Positions 36,801 through 50,000 are shown, counted from the stretch's first letter. The stretch: DNA of 64,000 nt from Acanthaster planci (GCF_001949145.1 NW_019091357.1:2453920-2517919), one strand, 5' to 3'. The notes: generated by a model from the sequence alone, not told the origin. Made by a program: numbers and translations.

Positions 36801-39800
36801 NNNNNNNNNNNNNNNNNNNNNNNNNNNNNNNNNNNNNNNNNNNNNNNNNNNNNNNNNNNNNNNNNNNNNNNNNNNNNNNNNNNNNNNNNNNNNNNNNNNN
36901 NNNNNNNNNNNNNNNNNNNNNNNNNNNNNNNNNNNNNNNNNNNNNNNNNNNNNNNNNNNNNNNNNNNNNNNNNNNNNNNNNNNNNNNNNNNNNNNNNNNN
37001 NNNNNNNNNNNNNNNNNNNNNNNNNNNNNNNTTTATTTTTGGTTATTTAAGCATTTTTTAAAAAAAATTTGCAGTAAGTAAATCCTGGGTTTACAAATTT
37101 AACAGAAAAACCCATGCAGTGAAATATGAAAGCAGAACGAATACCTGAAGTCCAAGTTTGTGGTCAAAAACCAGAGCCAGGTGAAACCAAGACCCCTTCG
37201 GCACCTGGTTGTTGGCAACAATCGCCTCACCGAAACATTTTGTGGATGTACAGACTTTCAACCTGTAGGAATGGTCCGTTGCCGACTGGTAAAACGCAAT
37301 ACCGTGGGAAGACGAGCTCCAACCTCCGGAACTCAAAAAGAACCAATCGAAAGTCAGCGGGCCCGGGTCAAACGCCATAACCCAGAGGGCGAAGGTCAAC
37401 CCGCATGAGCAAAGCTCCAGGGACGATATGCACTCTCCGTCGAAGGCTCCAAGATCCAACGCGCTGTCGGTGCCGCTCAAGACGGCACAGGCGTGACCTA
37501 CGACGGCCGGCGCGTCGATGTAGGTCACGCGACCCACCGCTTGCGACTTTCGATCGCTCTCGGTCGAAGGGAAACTATGATTGGAGACAGAGGAGCAGGA
37601 GGTGGGATCTTGATGGTCGAGGTTTGGTTCCCCGCTCAGCTCCCAGAACTCCAACAGAACAGGAACTGGAGGCTCTGGAAATAAATAAGAAGAGTAATCC
37701 TGAGGCCCTAGCTAGCTTGTGCTACGGCCGTGGCCGAGACAGGCTTCCAGAGCTACGACTAGGTGTATTGTCTGTACGACTCCACATATTTCCAATGGAG
37801 TGAAGACCCTGACTTGGCTCTAGACAACAGATGCGGATGAAACCTATAGCCAATTGGTACTCCTACCGCCCCTTCCATTAAGTTATAATCCCTAGTCAAA
37901 AGGGGACCAGTGTCTGTTACTCTTTGATTTATCAGTTATCGACGATTGGTAGAGAGGTCACGTGAGGGTTCTCGCCTACCGTCTTACTGCAGTAATAGGC
38001 ATCCGTAACAAAATGGCATGCAACACCGTTGACAAGCTTTAAACGACCGTGCTTTGCTGTCTTTTTATCAGACTCAGTACAGCTATGGAACGCTAGGGTA
38101 CCGGAGGGGGGGTACCATCTTATCTAGGGAGGTACTGGAACCGTAAAACAAACTTCAATAGTAAAAATTAAATGCATAAAACTGCATCGACTCCATGGGA
38201 ACTCCCCACCAACTTACTTGCAAGGGGCTGAATCGTTTTCACAACAATGGTGATGCCATCCCTCACAAGGCAGACAATGGTCTTGTCTGAGTAGTCACTG
38301 CAAAGAAAGTCAACGATCGTTAAGAGAGATGACTTGAGGTCCGGGCGTGAGCTGTCCACCACGACATCAACGGCTGCACCCGCTGTAAGCACTGCAGCAG
38401 CCCAGGGGTGGGCGAGATCGAGCCACGCCCATTCCAGTCTGAGATCGGCTGAGATGGGCTGACCACCGGTGGCGCTGCACTCCAGGCGAACGACAGTGTC
38501 GTTCGGGGAATGAAGTGGTCGGAGATTGACTGTTACGTCCGTGACTGTGAAATGAAAAAAAATAGGATGGGGTACAGAGAGATCAAGTGTAGCAAAACAG
38601 AAAGCTTAGACATAAAGATCAGAAACTGGGGAGGTGTGGAATGAGACTATTGCCGACAAATGTTAACAGCATTATACTCTGTAACCAACTGGATTCTTAC
38701 TGTTTAACATCGGCCAAAATATCAGCTGCATACGCCTTCAGGTGATTCTTCCTAAAACCTAAATGCAGGTCAAAAGACGGGTGCCTACTGCAGCCTTGAC
38801 TGTGTCTAGCTGCCTCACATCTTTATGTCTCAGTCTAATTACAGAGATTTATTCCGGTATGGTTCAAGCTTCAGGATCATGGAGTACCAAACTGCAAGTG
38901 AAAATTTCAGACATTACCTATAGAATCCGGGCACCTGTAACGCACTTCGAAATCAGGACACGATCCGGTGTTATCTGCGTGCTGACAGCGGAATCCATTG
39001 GCATTACAGAGATACGGAACCTCGGGAACGAATCCACTAGCCAGCAGGTCTTGCTTGGTCGTCTTCAGGCGACATTCTGCGCCTACGGGCTGGCTGCATA
39101 GGTCAGGGTACGCCTTGAAGACAGAATAAACGCAAAAGGCACTGTAAGTATGGACCTCCAGACGACATGTTGCACCCATGAGGTGGATGCATAAATTGGT
39201 TTGTCAAGATTTATGAGGGCGACACAATATGCCTGTATATTTAGAAGAGTCCTGTAATATATTTTATGAACATTGGAATGGAAACAATGTCCTTGATGTG
39301 ATACTCAAGGTGATATGATGATATCCAGCACCTGTGGCTTGGCTCAGAGAGATTTGCATACAGCTTGTGGGCGTGGTCAAGTAACGGGAGCCTCAAGACG
39401 ACGCCCAGGACCAATAAGCCGGTAGCAAAAAATCCGAACATATACCAAAGCTGAATGAGCCCATGTGCACTAACCTGCTTCAAGTGAGTAGCCAAGGTTT
39501 CATCCTCCATGGATCCGTCAGGGTCCGAAGCATCATACCAAGGCGTCAAACGAAAGCTGGCTGACAAAGGCAAACGGTTGGAAGGTGTTATGAATGGAGT
39601 TTGCAACAGATACGTTTATAGAATCCACATGCCGTATGCATCTGGTTTTTACAAACGTACATGTGACAACTGCCAAACGCCATCTTGGATCCATCAATTG
39701 CCTTGATCGAATAAGAATGGGCTTAACCGCTCACTATTTAGATACTTACGTTGTGGACACTGGTATCGAACTTCGTAGTCGTAGCACGTGCGTGTGTTGT

Positions 39801-42800
39801 CTACGCTCTGATCAGCACCGAGGCACACCAAACCTGATGTTAACGTGCAGTTGATGCTCAGTAGCTGCCCAGTCTCATTGGATGGTGTGCCTTCATAGAC
39901 TGTACGGCACTGGATGTCTTCGGGATACTGGCAGAGCATTTCATAGCCCTGAAAAATACGCGATGAAAGACGAGACGAGGAGTTAAAGGCGGGAAATGGA
40001 AAGAAAAAGCACCCCCGGCACTGACATTTTCAAACTGCGACACGGGAACACAGACGATATAGTCTGACTTGACCCAGGGGGAACTCACAGCCTCATTTTT
40101 AAGAAACACCGACTACCATCATTCAAGACTGATGTAAGTTTAGGGGCCTATAGATATTAGTAGACTACAGGTGGGATGAACTCAATCCTTCCCAGACATG
40201 TACCTGTTGGTGTTGGATTAACGTCTCTCTATCGTCACCATCCGCTGGGCTATCAGCGCTCAACCACGGCGTCCAGTATGAATCACCTGTAGGGAACGGC
40301 AAACATCGGCAGTTTGCAGTTAGTTAAGTTCATTTTAAATGTCACAGATCGATTTATTTTTGACAGCGTGACTACGTACGTTTCGGAATGGTGACCCTCT
40401 TGGACACACTACCCCTGCGAGCAGTGTCCACTGCCTCGCACACGAAGATGACATCGGATGAAAAGCTGAGATCGCGAGCGACCAAGATCGATCGTCTTCT
40501 ATAGCTGTTGGGTGAACTCTCGTAAATAGCCACGTCTGCCGACGAGGAAACCGGCTCAAAGTGCGCGCCGTCGACTGAGCGATGCCAGACGATAGTCGGT
40601 TGACTGCCAGCCTTGGCAAGGCACTCCAGCTCGACCCCAAAGCTGTCCTCGTGACTGTGCTTCCTCAGGTAGTGGATGAGAAGCTTGGATTCTGGTTATG
40701 GAAACGGTGTGAAATAAAAACAGAAATCAGTAAATGATGAAACCCTTATACGATACGAACTTAAAAAAAACGAGCCTAGATTGTGCTGAAAATCGCAAAA
40801 TTTATGAATAACATAAATTCTTAGAAATTATGTAGTGACGGTAACTGATCAATCTTAACATGTAAAAGGAAATCGTCATGTGTCATTTAAAATAAATGAC
40901 ACGTCCAGAAAATTGTACACACAAGTTACAAGAAATATTAAAGTCATACCAAACGATCCGTGAATCCAAATTCGATTTGAACATCAAATATAACGAAATT
41001 ACAGTGAGACGAATCAATTCTGTAAAGAAAAAAGGAAGATTTTTTTTGGTACAAAATTTACCCGATGTTTCTTGAAGATATGCGTTTTGGACTTCTGTTT
41101 CGTTGAAAGTCTTGTAAAACATTTTGAAATTGCTGAAGTCTCCGTCAATCAGCTCGAGTGGCCACCCACTTGGATCGTTGTTTCTCGAAAACATGACGAC
41201 ATCGTCGAAATGCAAAGCAGAAGTGCCCTCGTTGACGGCTGTGTCGGTGGAAACAACGAAAACCCCGTCCTTGTAATAATTTGTTCCGACTCCTGGCTCG
41301 TAGGTGAAAGAGTGATGAGTCCACTGATCGTCAGGAAAGTAGCCCTTTATGTTCAGTTTGAAAACCTGTGAAGTAACGAAACCCCTAACATCGAAACTCA
41401 TAAAGTCTCCTAAGTATAGGACCAATCCCCTTGCCCTTCCAGCGTGACCGCCAGTTGCAATGATGATGGTCACGGGAGTGAATGCCGGCGTTCTATTCCT
41501 CATCCAGAATGTCATGGTAAAGCCTGACGTGCAGCAGACAGGCTCGGAGATGCACCTGTCGTTACCCGATCCGTAGTTAATCCAACCTGCCTTCTGGTTC
41601 CTGACGGCACACAGGTGATCCGACGAGTCGAAACTGTCGGTGACAAGAAGGGTGCCACCGATGATGCCTGTCATACCACCGGCAGTGGGGTAGATGGACG
41701 ACACGGTGCCGTCGCAGGTCACGGGCTCATCAGAGTCCACCGATGTCTTGGTGCTCATGTCCCAGTGGAAATGAGGCTCTGGCAGGGCATCTAGAAAACA
41801 AAAATCACAGTCAAGTATAATTTCGCAACTAACTCGTCAACGGCTGATCTCGAACGACTTGATGGAGCATGCTAAAACATTCGGGAACAGCCTAAAGACC
41901 GGTTTTTACTGCAGGCAAAAGTAAGAGCGGGGCGAATTTAACGTCATAAAAGATTTGCAGCGAAATTTCATTCGAGTAAGCCTTTTGTGAGTTTGATTTG
42001 AATAAAATCTAGTACACTGAGTCCTGTATTAAAATTTACGTGAACATGACGATTTGAATTCTCCACACTAAAGACCCTGTTGCTATACCTCCAATACACT
42101 GTTTTCAATGGATAAGAAGGGCACAAAGGAACCAGTCCATTCCAGAGATGGTGGTTGCTGTGCAAAAGCTTGCCCCAAATCACGAACAGTTTAGTCTGGG
42201 GAATTCAAACTGATATAGTATATGAGCAATCAGATGACTCAGTGTACCGGATTTTATTCAAACTTAACTCGCAAAAGGCTTATTGAACTGTGCTTAATTT
42301 TCGCCAACCTGGCAGCCGAAAAATATTTTATATGACGTCACAAATTCGCCTTCAGTGTGGACGCCGGTTAACGGGTTGTTCAATTTTTGAAAAGACGAAA
42401 GAGACATGCCCATCTCTTTCCATGAATGCAAAGGTGAATAAAATCTGGTCTATTTATCTTGTTCTAGTTTTCAAGAAAAAGTTGATTCCTACTAGTTTTG
42501 AAGAGACAGCAAAGACTAGAAAGGATAAGGACTGTGTGATTTTCACCTTCAGGGGTCGGGCACTGGAATCTTATCTCGTAATCCAGACATCTTCGAGAGT
42601 CGGTTTGGTCGGCGTCTTGGCACAGCAACCCTCCGGTAGGAGAACAGCCGGTGACCAGCGTCTGGCCTGCAGTCACGTGGTCGGTATTTAGGAATCGAAC
42701 CCGGCAGTCGGCTTGGGTAGGAGTGGGGCACACGGCGGGATGCACCTGCACAGAGTTACGATATTTGCATTTGTGAGAGAGATGTAACCGTAGGAATAGT

Positions 42801-43734
42801 CAAAACTGCATCAAGTGCGATGCGGCCATCATGATAATGTACTGAGTGGGAAGGTAACATGTGAACATGACTGACTCGTGACACGAAAAGACCGATAGAG
42901 AGTGAAATGAACATAAATAAACATATGAACACACTTCTAAAGATTACGGGCTACATGCCAACAGTAAGCAAAGGCGTCTAGCCTAGGGGACTGTGGGATT
43001 TTCAAACAATGGACTGACGGACGGACAGACCAGCAGCCCCGTATACATGACAAGGAGAGCGACTAACCGCATTGACCGCTGCATGAGTTTCATCGTCAGT
43101 TCCGTCGGTGGGGTCGTCCACGTTGTACCATGCCGTCCAGCTGGTGGGCGGTACAGTGGGAGGCATCGGTGATTCTGAACAAAAAGATGATGAGATTGTA
43201 ACGGATCAGGGATACGAGTTTGTTTCTGCATTCAATTGGGGACCTTGAACAATAGAGGACAATAAGGTCCTCGATTGACAGAGGGTCCCCGATTGACAAC
43301 TGTGTACAAAACATATGGGTGGTTTTGAAAAAAAAGTTAAAGTACAAACAAAAGAGGAACAATACGGGGGTCCCCAGTTGCAGGCAAATACACACTTGTG
43401 TGACGTGGTATACTTCCGGGGGCTAGGGTAGGTGTGACTTTCCAAAGGCGTAGGTGTGACGAACCAATGGCACAAATAAAGCCGTTGACAAAGAAACTCG
43501 ATTCTTGGACGTGGCTCGGCATCAAATTCAAAGATGGCGGACTGTAAAGTACTAGTATAAATTCGGTGTTAAGTGCAGAGGATCTATTGCGCCGTGGAAA
43601 TTCGTTGCATCGACACCGCACTTTCAATAGTGCTCGTTCGAGGCAATTATAGGCCTAGGTATAAAGTCGAAAAGAACCGTGGACGTACCGTCAACACACT
43701 GGCCACAGATGCGCTCCACGCCAAGCAAAACCAC
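33819..43734 (-). CDS. Paralog C: type I membrane protein (SP)-WxxW-LamG-Ig-WxxW-WxxW-Ig-LamG-[gap]-Ig-Thr-rich stalk-TM-cytoplasmic tail (>1300 aa); first coding exon not identified
   Basis: Exons 43734-43689, 43174-43068, 42745-42547, 41790-41062, 40691-40380, 40286-40204, 39948-39750, 39560-39475, 39113-38918, 38544-38218, 37674-37145, [gap 36302-37031], 36170-35847, 35205-34849, 34729-34634, 34389-34302 (TM), 34041-33819. Exon lengths match B except for small in-frame indels. Confidence 0.85.
35380..35595. mobile_element. MITE with ~32-bp TIR GGCCAATTTCATAGAGCTGCTTAAGCACAAAA
   Basis: Perfect TIR pair; absent from the homologous intron of B (~23526); second copy at 46834-47090. Confidence 0.85.
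41062..41790 (-). CDS. LamG/ConA-like domain exon 1 of paralog C
   Basis: 729-nt exon homologous to those of A and B, more divergent in its C-terminal half. Confidence 0.85.
41977..42283. mobile_element. Copy of the AATAAGCC...GGCTTATT MITE family in an intron of paralog C
   Basis: Shares termini and the internal ggcacaaaggaaccagtccattccagagatggtgg segment with 59370-59735. Confidence 0.75.
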
Positions 43735-46462
43735 CTGCAACACAAAGAAATGTTGGGTTGCTCATAAATCAAAGTGTTGAATCATGGGTTTGTTTGTTGT
43801 GTTAAATGGGCCCAGCAAAACCAGTGGGCTCCACCAGATGTGGTTTCAAGGGAACATTGCCCGAATCAGTTCAAATTTACAAAACGAAGAATCTATGATT
43901 GTCAGAAAAGATGCAGTGTCCTGGGAATTTGTTGAAAGCATTTGAAGATACGAAAAAAATTGGAAATGTTAAAACTAGTAGAACCTGTAACATTAACACA
44001 ACTAACAGACATACCTTGAGGCTGAAGACCCCACCCCGCCCCTCCCCTTTACCGGAGCTTTATCGGGACTGGTAACCTATCCGGAAAGTGCTGCAGTGAA
44101 CAACTTGCATTCATTAATTAATGCGATACAAGAATATACTCACTAGCAAAACGAGTGCGCCTTTTCCGTACATGTTATTCAAAGCTCACCCTACAACATC
44201 GCGGTCGACAAAGGCTGTGGTTGCCCAGAACGGATCCGTCATTTTTAGTCACCTCGGCAATGTTCTCAAGATGAAGGAAACATTCACTGCTTCAGCTTGC
44301 GTTACGCTGGCGTGATATTGCTGGCCACGCTCTTTTCCCCGAGACGCTGCAGAAATCGGCTGGCGAAAAACGGAATTGACTATGCCCATTGATTGTTGCC
44401 CGCCTTTCTAATCAATTACTGGGTGAAGAGACGGAGAAACGCGCAACGTGGAGCCCTGGATAGCAAGGCTTTTTTTTTTCAATGCGAGGGGAAGTTGCTT
44501 TTTCTGTTCATCGATGCCCACAACCGGTTTATCGAGACTGTAAATGAAGTTCAGTCCCATGCCAACGAGTTCTGAAGTCACCCATAGTTTATGGATACTT
44601 TATCAATTGATGAATTGTTTGCATGATGATTTGTTTGTGTGTCCAAAAGCAAATCAGTAGCAGGTCTCGTTCATGGGATTAGGGAGTTACAACTACCCCT
44701 TGCCCCCGTCAAGCCGCTGACTAATTTCACGCTACAAGGCCAACTTGAAAATAAACGATGCGAAAATTCCTTAATTGGTTACTTTAATAGAACGCAAGAG
44801 AAAGAATGAAAGATTTCAAGAAATCCGGGCAGCCCACAGACCCTGAAAGACTTCAACTTTTCCCGGGGCATCCGGACCCTCCCAATCGGGCGTATAAATA
44901 TGGCATGCTTGGCAACCCAAGACCGCCTTTTCATTTAAACTTCTTCCTTTTTGCCTGTCCTCGGGTTAAATCGATCGTTGGAATCGCCATCCGACCGCTA
45001 TGGCCTTGTCCGTGGCGGTCTCTCAGTGCGGTTTCTTGACCAGAGGAGAGAAACTGGGCCATGCTCACGCATACGATCCTGTGACGCGTCATACAATGCC
45101 GCACGTTACTATATGCACGGACCATGGGGCTTTTCAGCACACGGACCAAGCTATAGGCCTACGTCCACTCCGCACCACTGCGCATGCAAGGTACATTGTA
45201 CCACCGAACTGCCACGCGTACACCTGCGAGCGTGTCGTGCGCCGGCTGTCCGTGGCCTCTCGAGACGAAAGATCGCATCATCGCACGATCCAATGCAGTC
45301 TTGTATCCTGTGCATGATTGCGTGCACGTGGGTGATACAGGCACAAAACATCAGCGGATGGCAACAGGGGCACAGGTTTAGACAAGGGATGTTTATTTAA
45401 AATCATCGGCGGGTTGGCTGTATCAGAGCTGGGTATACTGGAAGAGAGTTGCGACATGAGTATCACCATCAGTGTCGGAAACCAACTGGCATGTCTATTT
45501 TCCTTCCTCCATGGTATGCAACAGCCGCACGCTCTAGTGTAGGCACCCTACACATAACGAACAGCCATTGTGTTTCCAAAATCGGAAGCTGGCTCGACTT
45601 CCAGCGCAGGGCTGTAGCAAGAAGACAAGCCCAACTCTTTTTCCATGGTGCGACCGCTCGAGAACCACTCTTGTGCTCATTACACCATATTGTTGGTGGA
45701 AGCCCTTTACGACGTTTTCTAACCAGTAGTGTTAGAGTTTGATTTAAAAAAAACCCCCAAAAAACCGAAAATTAAAACCTGTAACCCGTTTCCAAAACAC
45801 AGAACGCAACTAAAATTTCTTTTCCTCTAAACTATGCCTCAAACGACTTCGTTTTTCAAAAGGGGTCTTGTTACATCACTACAGATGGATGTTATTTCAG
45901 GGGTCCGTCAACTCGCCTTTCCAGAGCTGTAAAATAGAGAAAGTAGCACCAACTTCAGACTTTGGAACCAAAATGGCTGTTCGGTATGTGAGCAGCTAGT
46001 ACAGCATGCTGCTATTCATGTGCCCTGACGCATTATCCACCATTTTGTTTCCAACATTTGAGACACTCATGTCGCCACTCGCTCTACAAACAACTCTGCA
46101 TCTCCTTGGAGCGTCGACATCAGCAGAGAGGAGAGTGACAAGTTGACACTTGGAAAGTGCCGTGAACTTAGCAACGAAAAAAAAAAAACATCCAAAGACT
46201 TGAACAAGTCTATGAGTCCCAAAGATAATCCACGAGATCGGATCATGAATCAGATCCGCGGTTGTCAACAGGGCTCGTGATTAATCATTGGTGGGACCGC
46301 CTGTCTCGAAATCGTCAACAGTTGGGCTGTTGGACAGCAGCCGGGCCAGCAACGGAACCTTATCAGGAATTGGATAGAAGTGGAAACTCTCGCAGGCCTT
46401 ACACCACGTTCTAAGTCAATCGACTCACAGAAGCTCGATACCATTTCATTGTAATAGAATTG

Positions 46463-46590
46463 TACATGTACAGCGTTGTACGTGATCGTCTGGGCCCATT
46501 GAATCGTGCTTAATACACGTGTGTACATGTACATGTATGGGTGCACATACAGTACGTGCACATGTACATGTACGTGTATACATGTATGTA
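46463..46590. repeat. Low-complexity (TACATG)n-like tract
   Basis: gtgtacatgtacatgtatgg...catgtacatgtacgtgtatacatgtatgta. Confidence 0.7.
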
Positions 46591-46833
46591 TGGACGTTAC
46601 AAGGTTAGTAACCAAACTACACGTACGTATTTTCCTATATGCAAATTTCTCTGTTATGTTTTACTGCATGTATCTTTTTAATTCCTCCGTTATGGTTAGT
46701 GCAAACCCAAGCCCGTAACCTGTCGTGCTGGCAAGGACAAATGCACGGAAACCATAATGTGTGATGATTTTTTAGCTGTTGCATCAGAGTAAAAACAAAA
46801 ACAAACGACCAACGAGCTACTGTACTTCGACTG

Positions 46834-47090
46834 GGGCCAATTTCATGGAAACTGCTTAAGTTAGGGCTGAAGCAGAAACTTTGCTTAGGCGCGAGAAAAC
46901 CTTTGCTTGATAAATCAGGTAACAAGCCAAAACTACGTGTGATGTATATTGTTTTGGAATGGTATTTAGCTGTCTTTTGGTTAGCATGACAATCACGTAG
47001 AGTTTGAGCTAGTAACCTTTTGGGGTTTTTAAGCAAGGTTTTTCCGCGCTTAAGCAGATTTGTGCTTAAGCAGCTCCATAAAATTGGCCC
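46834..47090. mobile_element. Second copy of the GGGCCAATTTCAT...TTAAG MITE family
   Basis: TIRs gggccaatttcatggaaactgcttaag / cttaagcagctccataaaattggccc; internal sequence similar to 35380-35595. Confidence 0.8.
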
Positions 47091-50000
47091 CCGGGAGCTT
47101 TTAAAGGGAGCTGAGACCGATAATAATGTACGCTCTTTGTGAACTACGAAAGAGCCCTAGAGACCATGGTGATACAAACGCTTTAACTAAGCAGTGGCGG
47201 GGGGGGGGGGTAACTCCCCCGGATCATTTGCCCAACGTTTTTCCTTTCTGTAGTGCAATCGGTACATTTATCTATCAAATATTAGCGCCAAAACTCACAG
47301 AAAATAACACCACGAAATAAAAGCAAGAATGACGGGGACCGCTTTTGACATTTATTTCTCCCCAACATCTTGTTCAATGAGCCCGGAGCCGCATTTACTT
47401 TTGAATCCCCCCCGACACCAAACTTGGCAAAACCTGGACATACGCTTTAGGCTTTTTACCAGTTCTGATCCTTCATTGCACGTAACTTGCTGTATTGCTG
47501 CCGTATGGTTTCCTGTTACTCAGCAAAGGCTATTTGAACGGGCACTGAAATAACAGATGTTCAACAACCTTGCTACATATAAAGCATGCGAAGCTCGTGC
47601 GTAACTTGCTTCCACGAGAAGATGTGAGGTTCGAATTACATCCTGTTATTTCGTTTTTCACCGGAGCTGGATGCTCGAAAAAGTGGATCATTAGCTAAAG
47701 TCTGAATTTATAATATGACGAGTGTTTTTCCTCATTTCTCGTTGTGCTTCTGTCGTGGTCATCATTCGTGGTGTGCAAGACGATGTCACGGTTGAACTTA
47801 CCATACGCACCCACGGTTGACATTGTGGGGTGCCGGGTCTCAAGCAGCAGACATTAAAAAACAAACACCACCAAGAACAAATGGGGGTAGGGTGATCGGC
47901 TTGTGCTTGGATCTGTTTTCCTTCCTCCATGCTTGGATAACCTCAATTGAAAGGGATGCATGCCTATCTTTCTCGACCCACGGGATTGTATGCTGTCCAT
48001 TGGTGTTTCGGCATAAGGCCCTCTTTTCGTCGGAGTTCATAGTTTCTGCTTGCAATGCAAGTACGAGATACTTCCAGAATGATCTAGACAAACAAGAGGC
48101 CTTTTTTAAAATGAGAAAAGCGTGTATTCTGAGGGAAAATGTGTTGTCAGCCAAGGATGAATTATCTGCAAACTTTCGCTTCCCATGCAAACTATATACT
48201 CGCAGGCCGCAGTGTTTTCTCATCTCACACACCAATGAAGGGTCGAGATTTCTCTTTACGGTGGGGTCCTTACGGTCCCTATACAAAAGCGAAATCGATC
48301 CTTGGGGGTATTTACGGTGCGCAGAGCCGGACACAGCACTGTACATGCTATATGCACTGCAAGGCAATTACATGCAACTGGCATGCCCGCGTAAATCTAA
48401 TCCTCTTATCTTACATGTAATCAGATAACAGACGGCCTCTTGTCCAGTTTTATGACGGGCGGGTCAGGGAAATATGACATGCTTGTCCGCTGGACTGACA
48501 AATATGACCTTTTAAAATATAAACAGCATATGGGCACGAAGAGCAATGAACTCGTTCCCAACTTTCAGACGTGTCTCTCTCCTAGTACAGTACAAGCCCA
48601 TCTGAATTGTAATTTGTGGTAAAAAATGGCATCCATCTGTGCTTCCACCACTCGTCCGTATGTGGAACTCTCAATGCCAGATACCATGCACCATATGGGG
48701 CCGATGGGTCCCCCCCCTTACCTGCCTAATCCCTATACACACTCTAGACTATTGTTACCTAACACACCCCCCAAGAAGGCTGTAAAGAATTCATGAGATT
48801 CCGATCAAACAATGACCAACACAAAGGCTCTGCCCCATATCTTGCATCATATGGGGATTCAACTTGAAATCACTTGGCGTCATTTCAAGGTAGAAACTGT
48901 AGGCTTCATAGTTGGCTTAGGGGAGAATACTGAAGATCTCGCGTCTCTACCACAAAATTCTTGGAGAATATCAGCGTCGCGCCGAAGCGTGGGCAAACGT
49001 CGGCTTGATTCTGTTTGGCGTGTTTTTCTGCAGTGGGGGGGTGGTGGGGTGGTCAGTCTGTGAATTCACTTGTATTTCCCAGCGTAAAGTTTAACATCCG
49101 ACGAGATTCAAAATCACCTTCAAAAATGCTTCGAAAAAGTTAATATCCTATGAACTTGTCATTGCGAAGCCGTGAAAACGACAGTTGAAAAAAGAAGGGA
49201 AAATTAAAGTTTCCACGCTCCGAGACCCGACTCACGCATATTTACGGCCAGTGTAAAGCAGGAAGTCTCTTCTGTCAGGAAGAGGCTCAGGCTGTTCCGG
49301 AAAGTAATTTGCACTTCGAAAATTACATTAAATCAAGACAACCTTGGCCGTTGCTTATTTTTCTATTGCAGGTCAATTCGCGCGGGAAACAATCGACGTT
49401 TGCATCCAATTGACTCTTTTAATGCGAACTCTTGGCTGAACGAATCCACGTACAGTACATGTACGTAGTACTATCGCGCACATGCCACTCACTGTCGTCG
49501 GTAATTAAATGGCATTTTTGTGCGTCCAAGCCGACGCTGTGACGGGTCAAAGAGCGCGGCAAATATCAACAAATGATGACGTCAAAATGGTCGTGTCAGT
49601 TGTTCAGTGCATGCTCAGTGTATGGCATAATAAGTTTCGCCAGAGGTCCGCTAACTTTGTCCGACCATGGTCCAGCGGCCCGTAACCTTTTGCCATGTCT
49701 TGTTTCAGAAAACGCGATGATGCCATAACTGAAAGCAATAAGTGGGATTTCTCGCGGCCCGTGGAGGTCACGAAGCACTTCAGCCGCTCCAAACGGAACT
49801 TCATGTATACAGCCAACAGTTATTAGATGACATTGTGTCTGGACTCTGTTCTCAACTTGGCGAGCGTTAAAACGCTACACTCCACGGATACAGTGTGGCT
49901 GATTGTCTGCAGTCTCGCTGTTCACCTGTGCGTGAACAATTTTCCCAACNNNNNNNNNNNNNNNNNNNNNNNNNNNNNNNNNNNNNNNNNNNNNNNNNNN

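Larger units (their letters stand above)
21280..44826. repeat. Head-to-tail segmental duplication, units ~21280-33016 and ~33037-44826
   Basis: Unit starts align (21281 tttaaacttgcagttgaaataaacac / 33038 tttaaatttgacaactgaaataaacac) and unit ends align (cacgctacaaggccaacttgaaaata...gatttcaagaa at ~32911-33011 and ~44728-44822). Introns are alignable throughout. Confidence 0.9.

Noticed and set aside
47817..48428. Overlapping 203-aa (+) and 175-aa (-) ORFs as a gene or transposase
   Set aside because: No recognisable domain, catalytic motif or supporting exon chain.
44860..48720. Possible 3.8-kb transposon bounded by weak inverted similarity (44870-44920 vs 48670-48720)
   Set aside because: The similarity is too weak, and no target-site duplication or transposase motif could be found.
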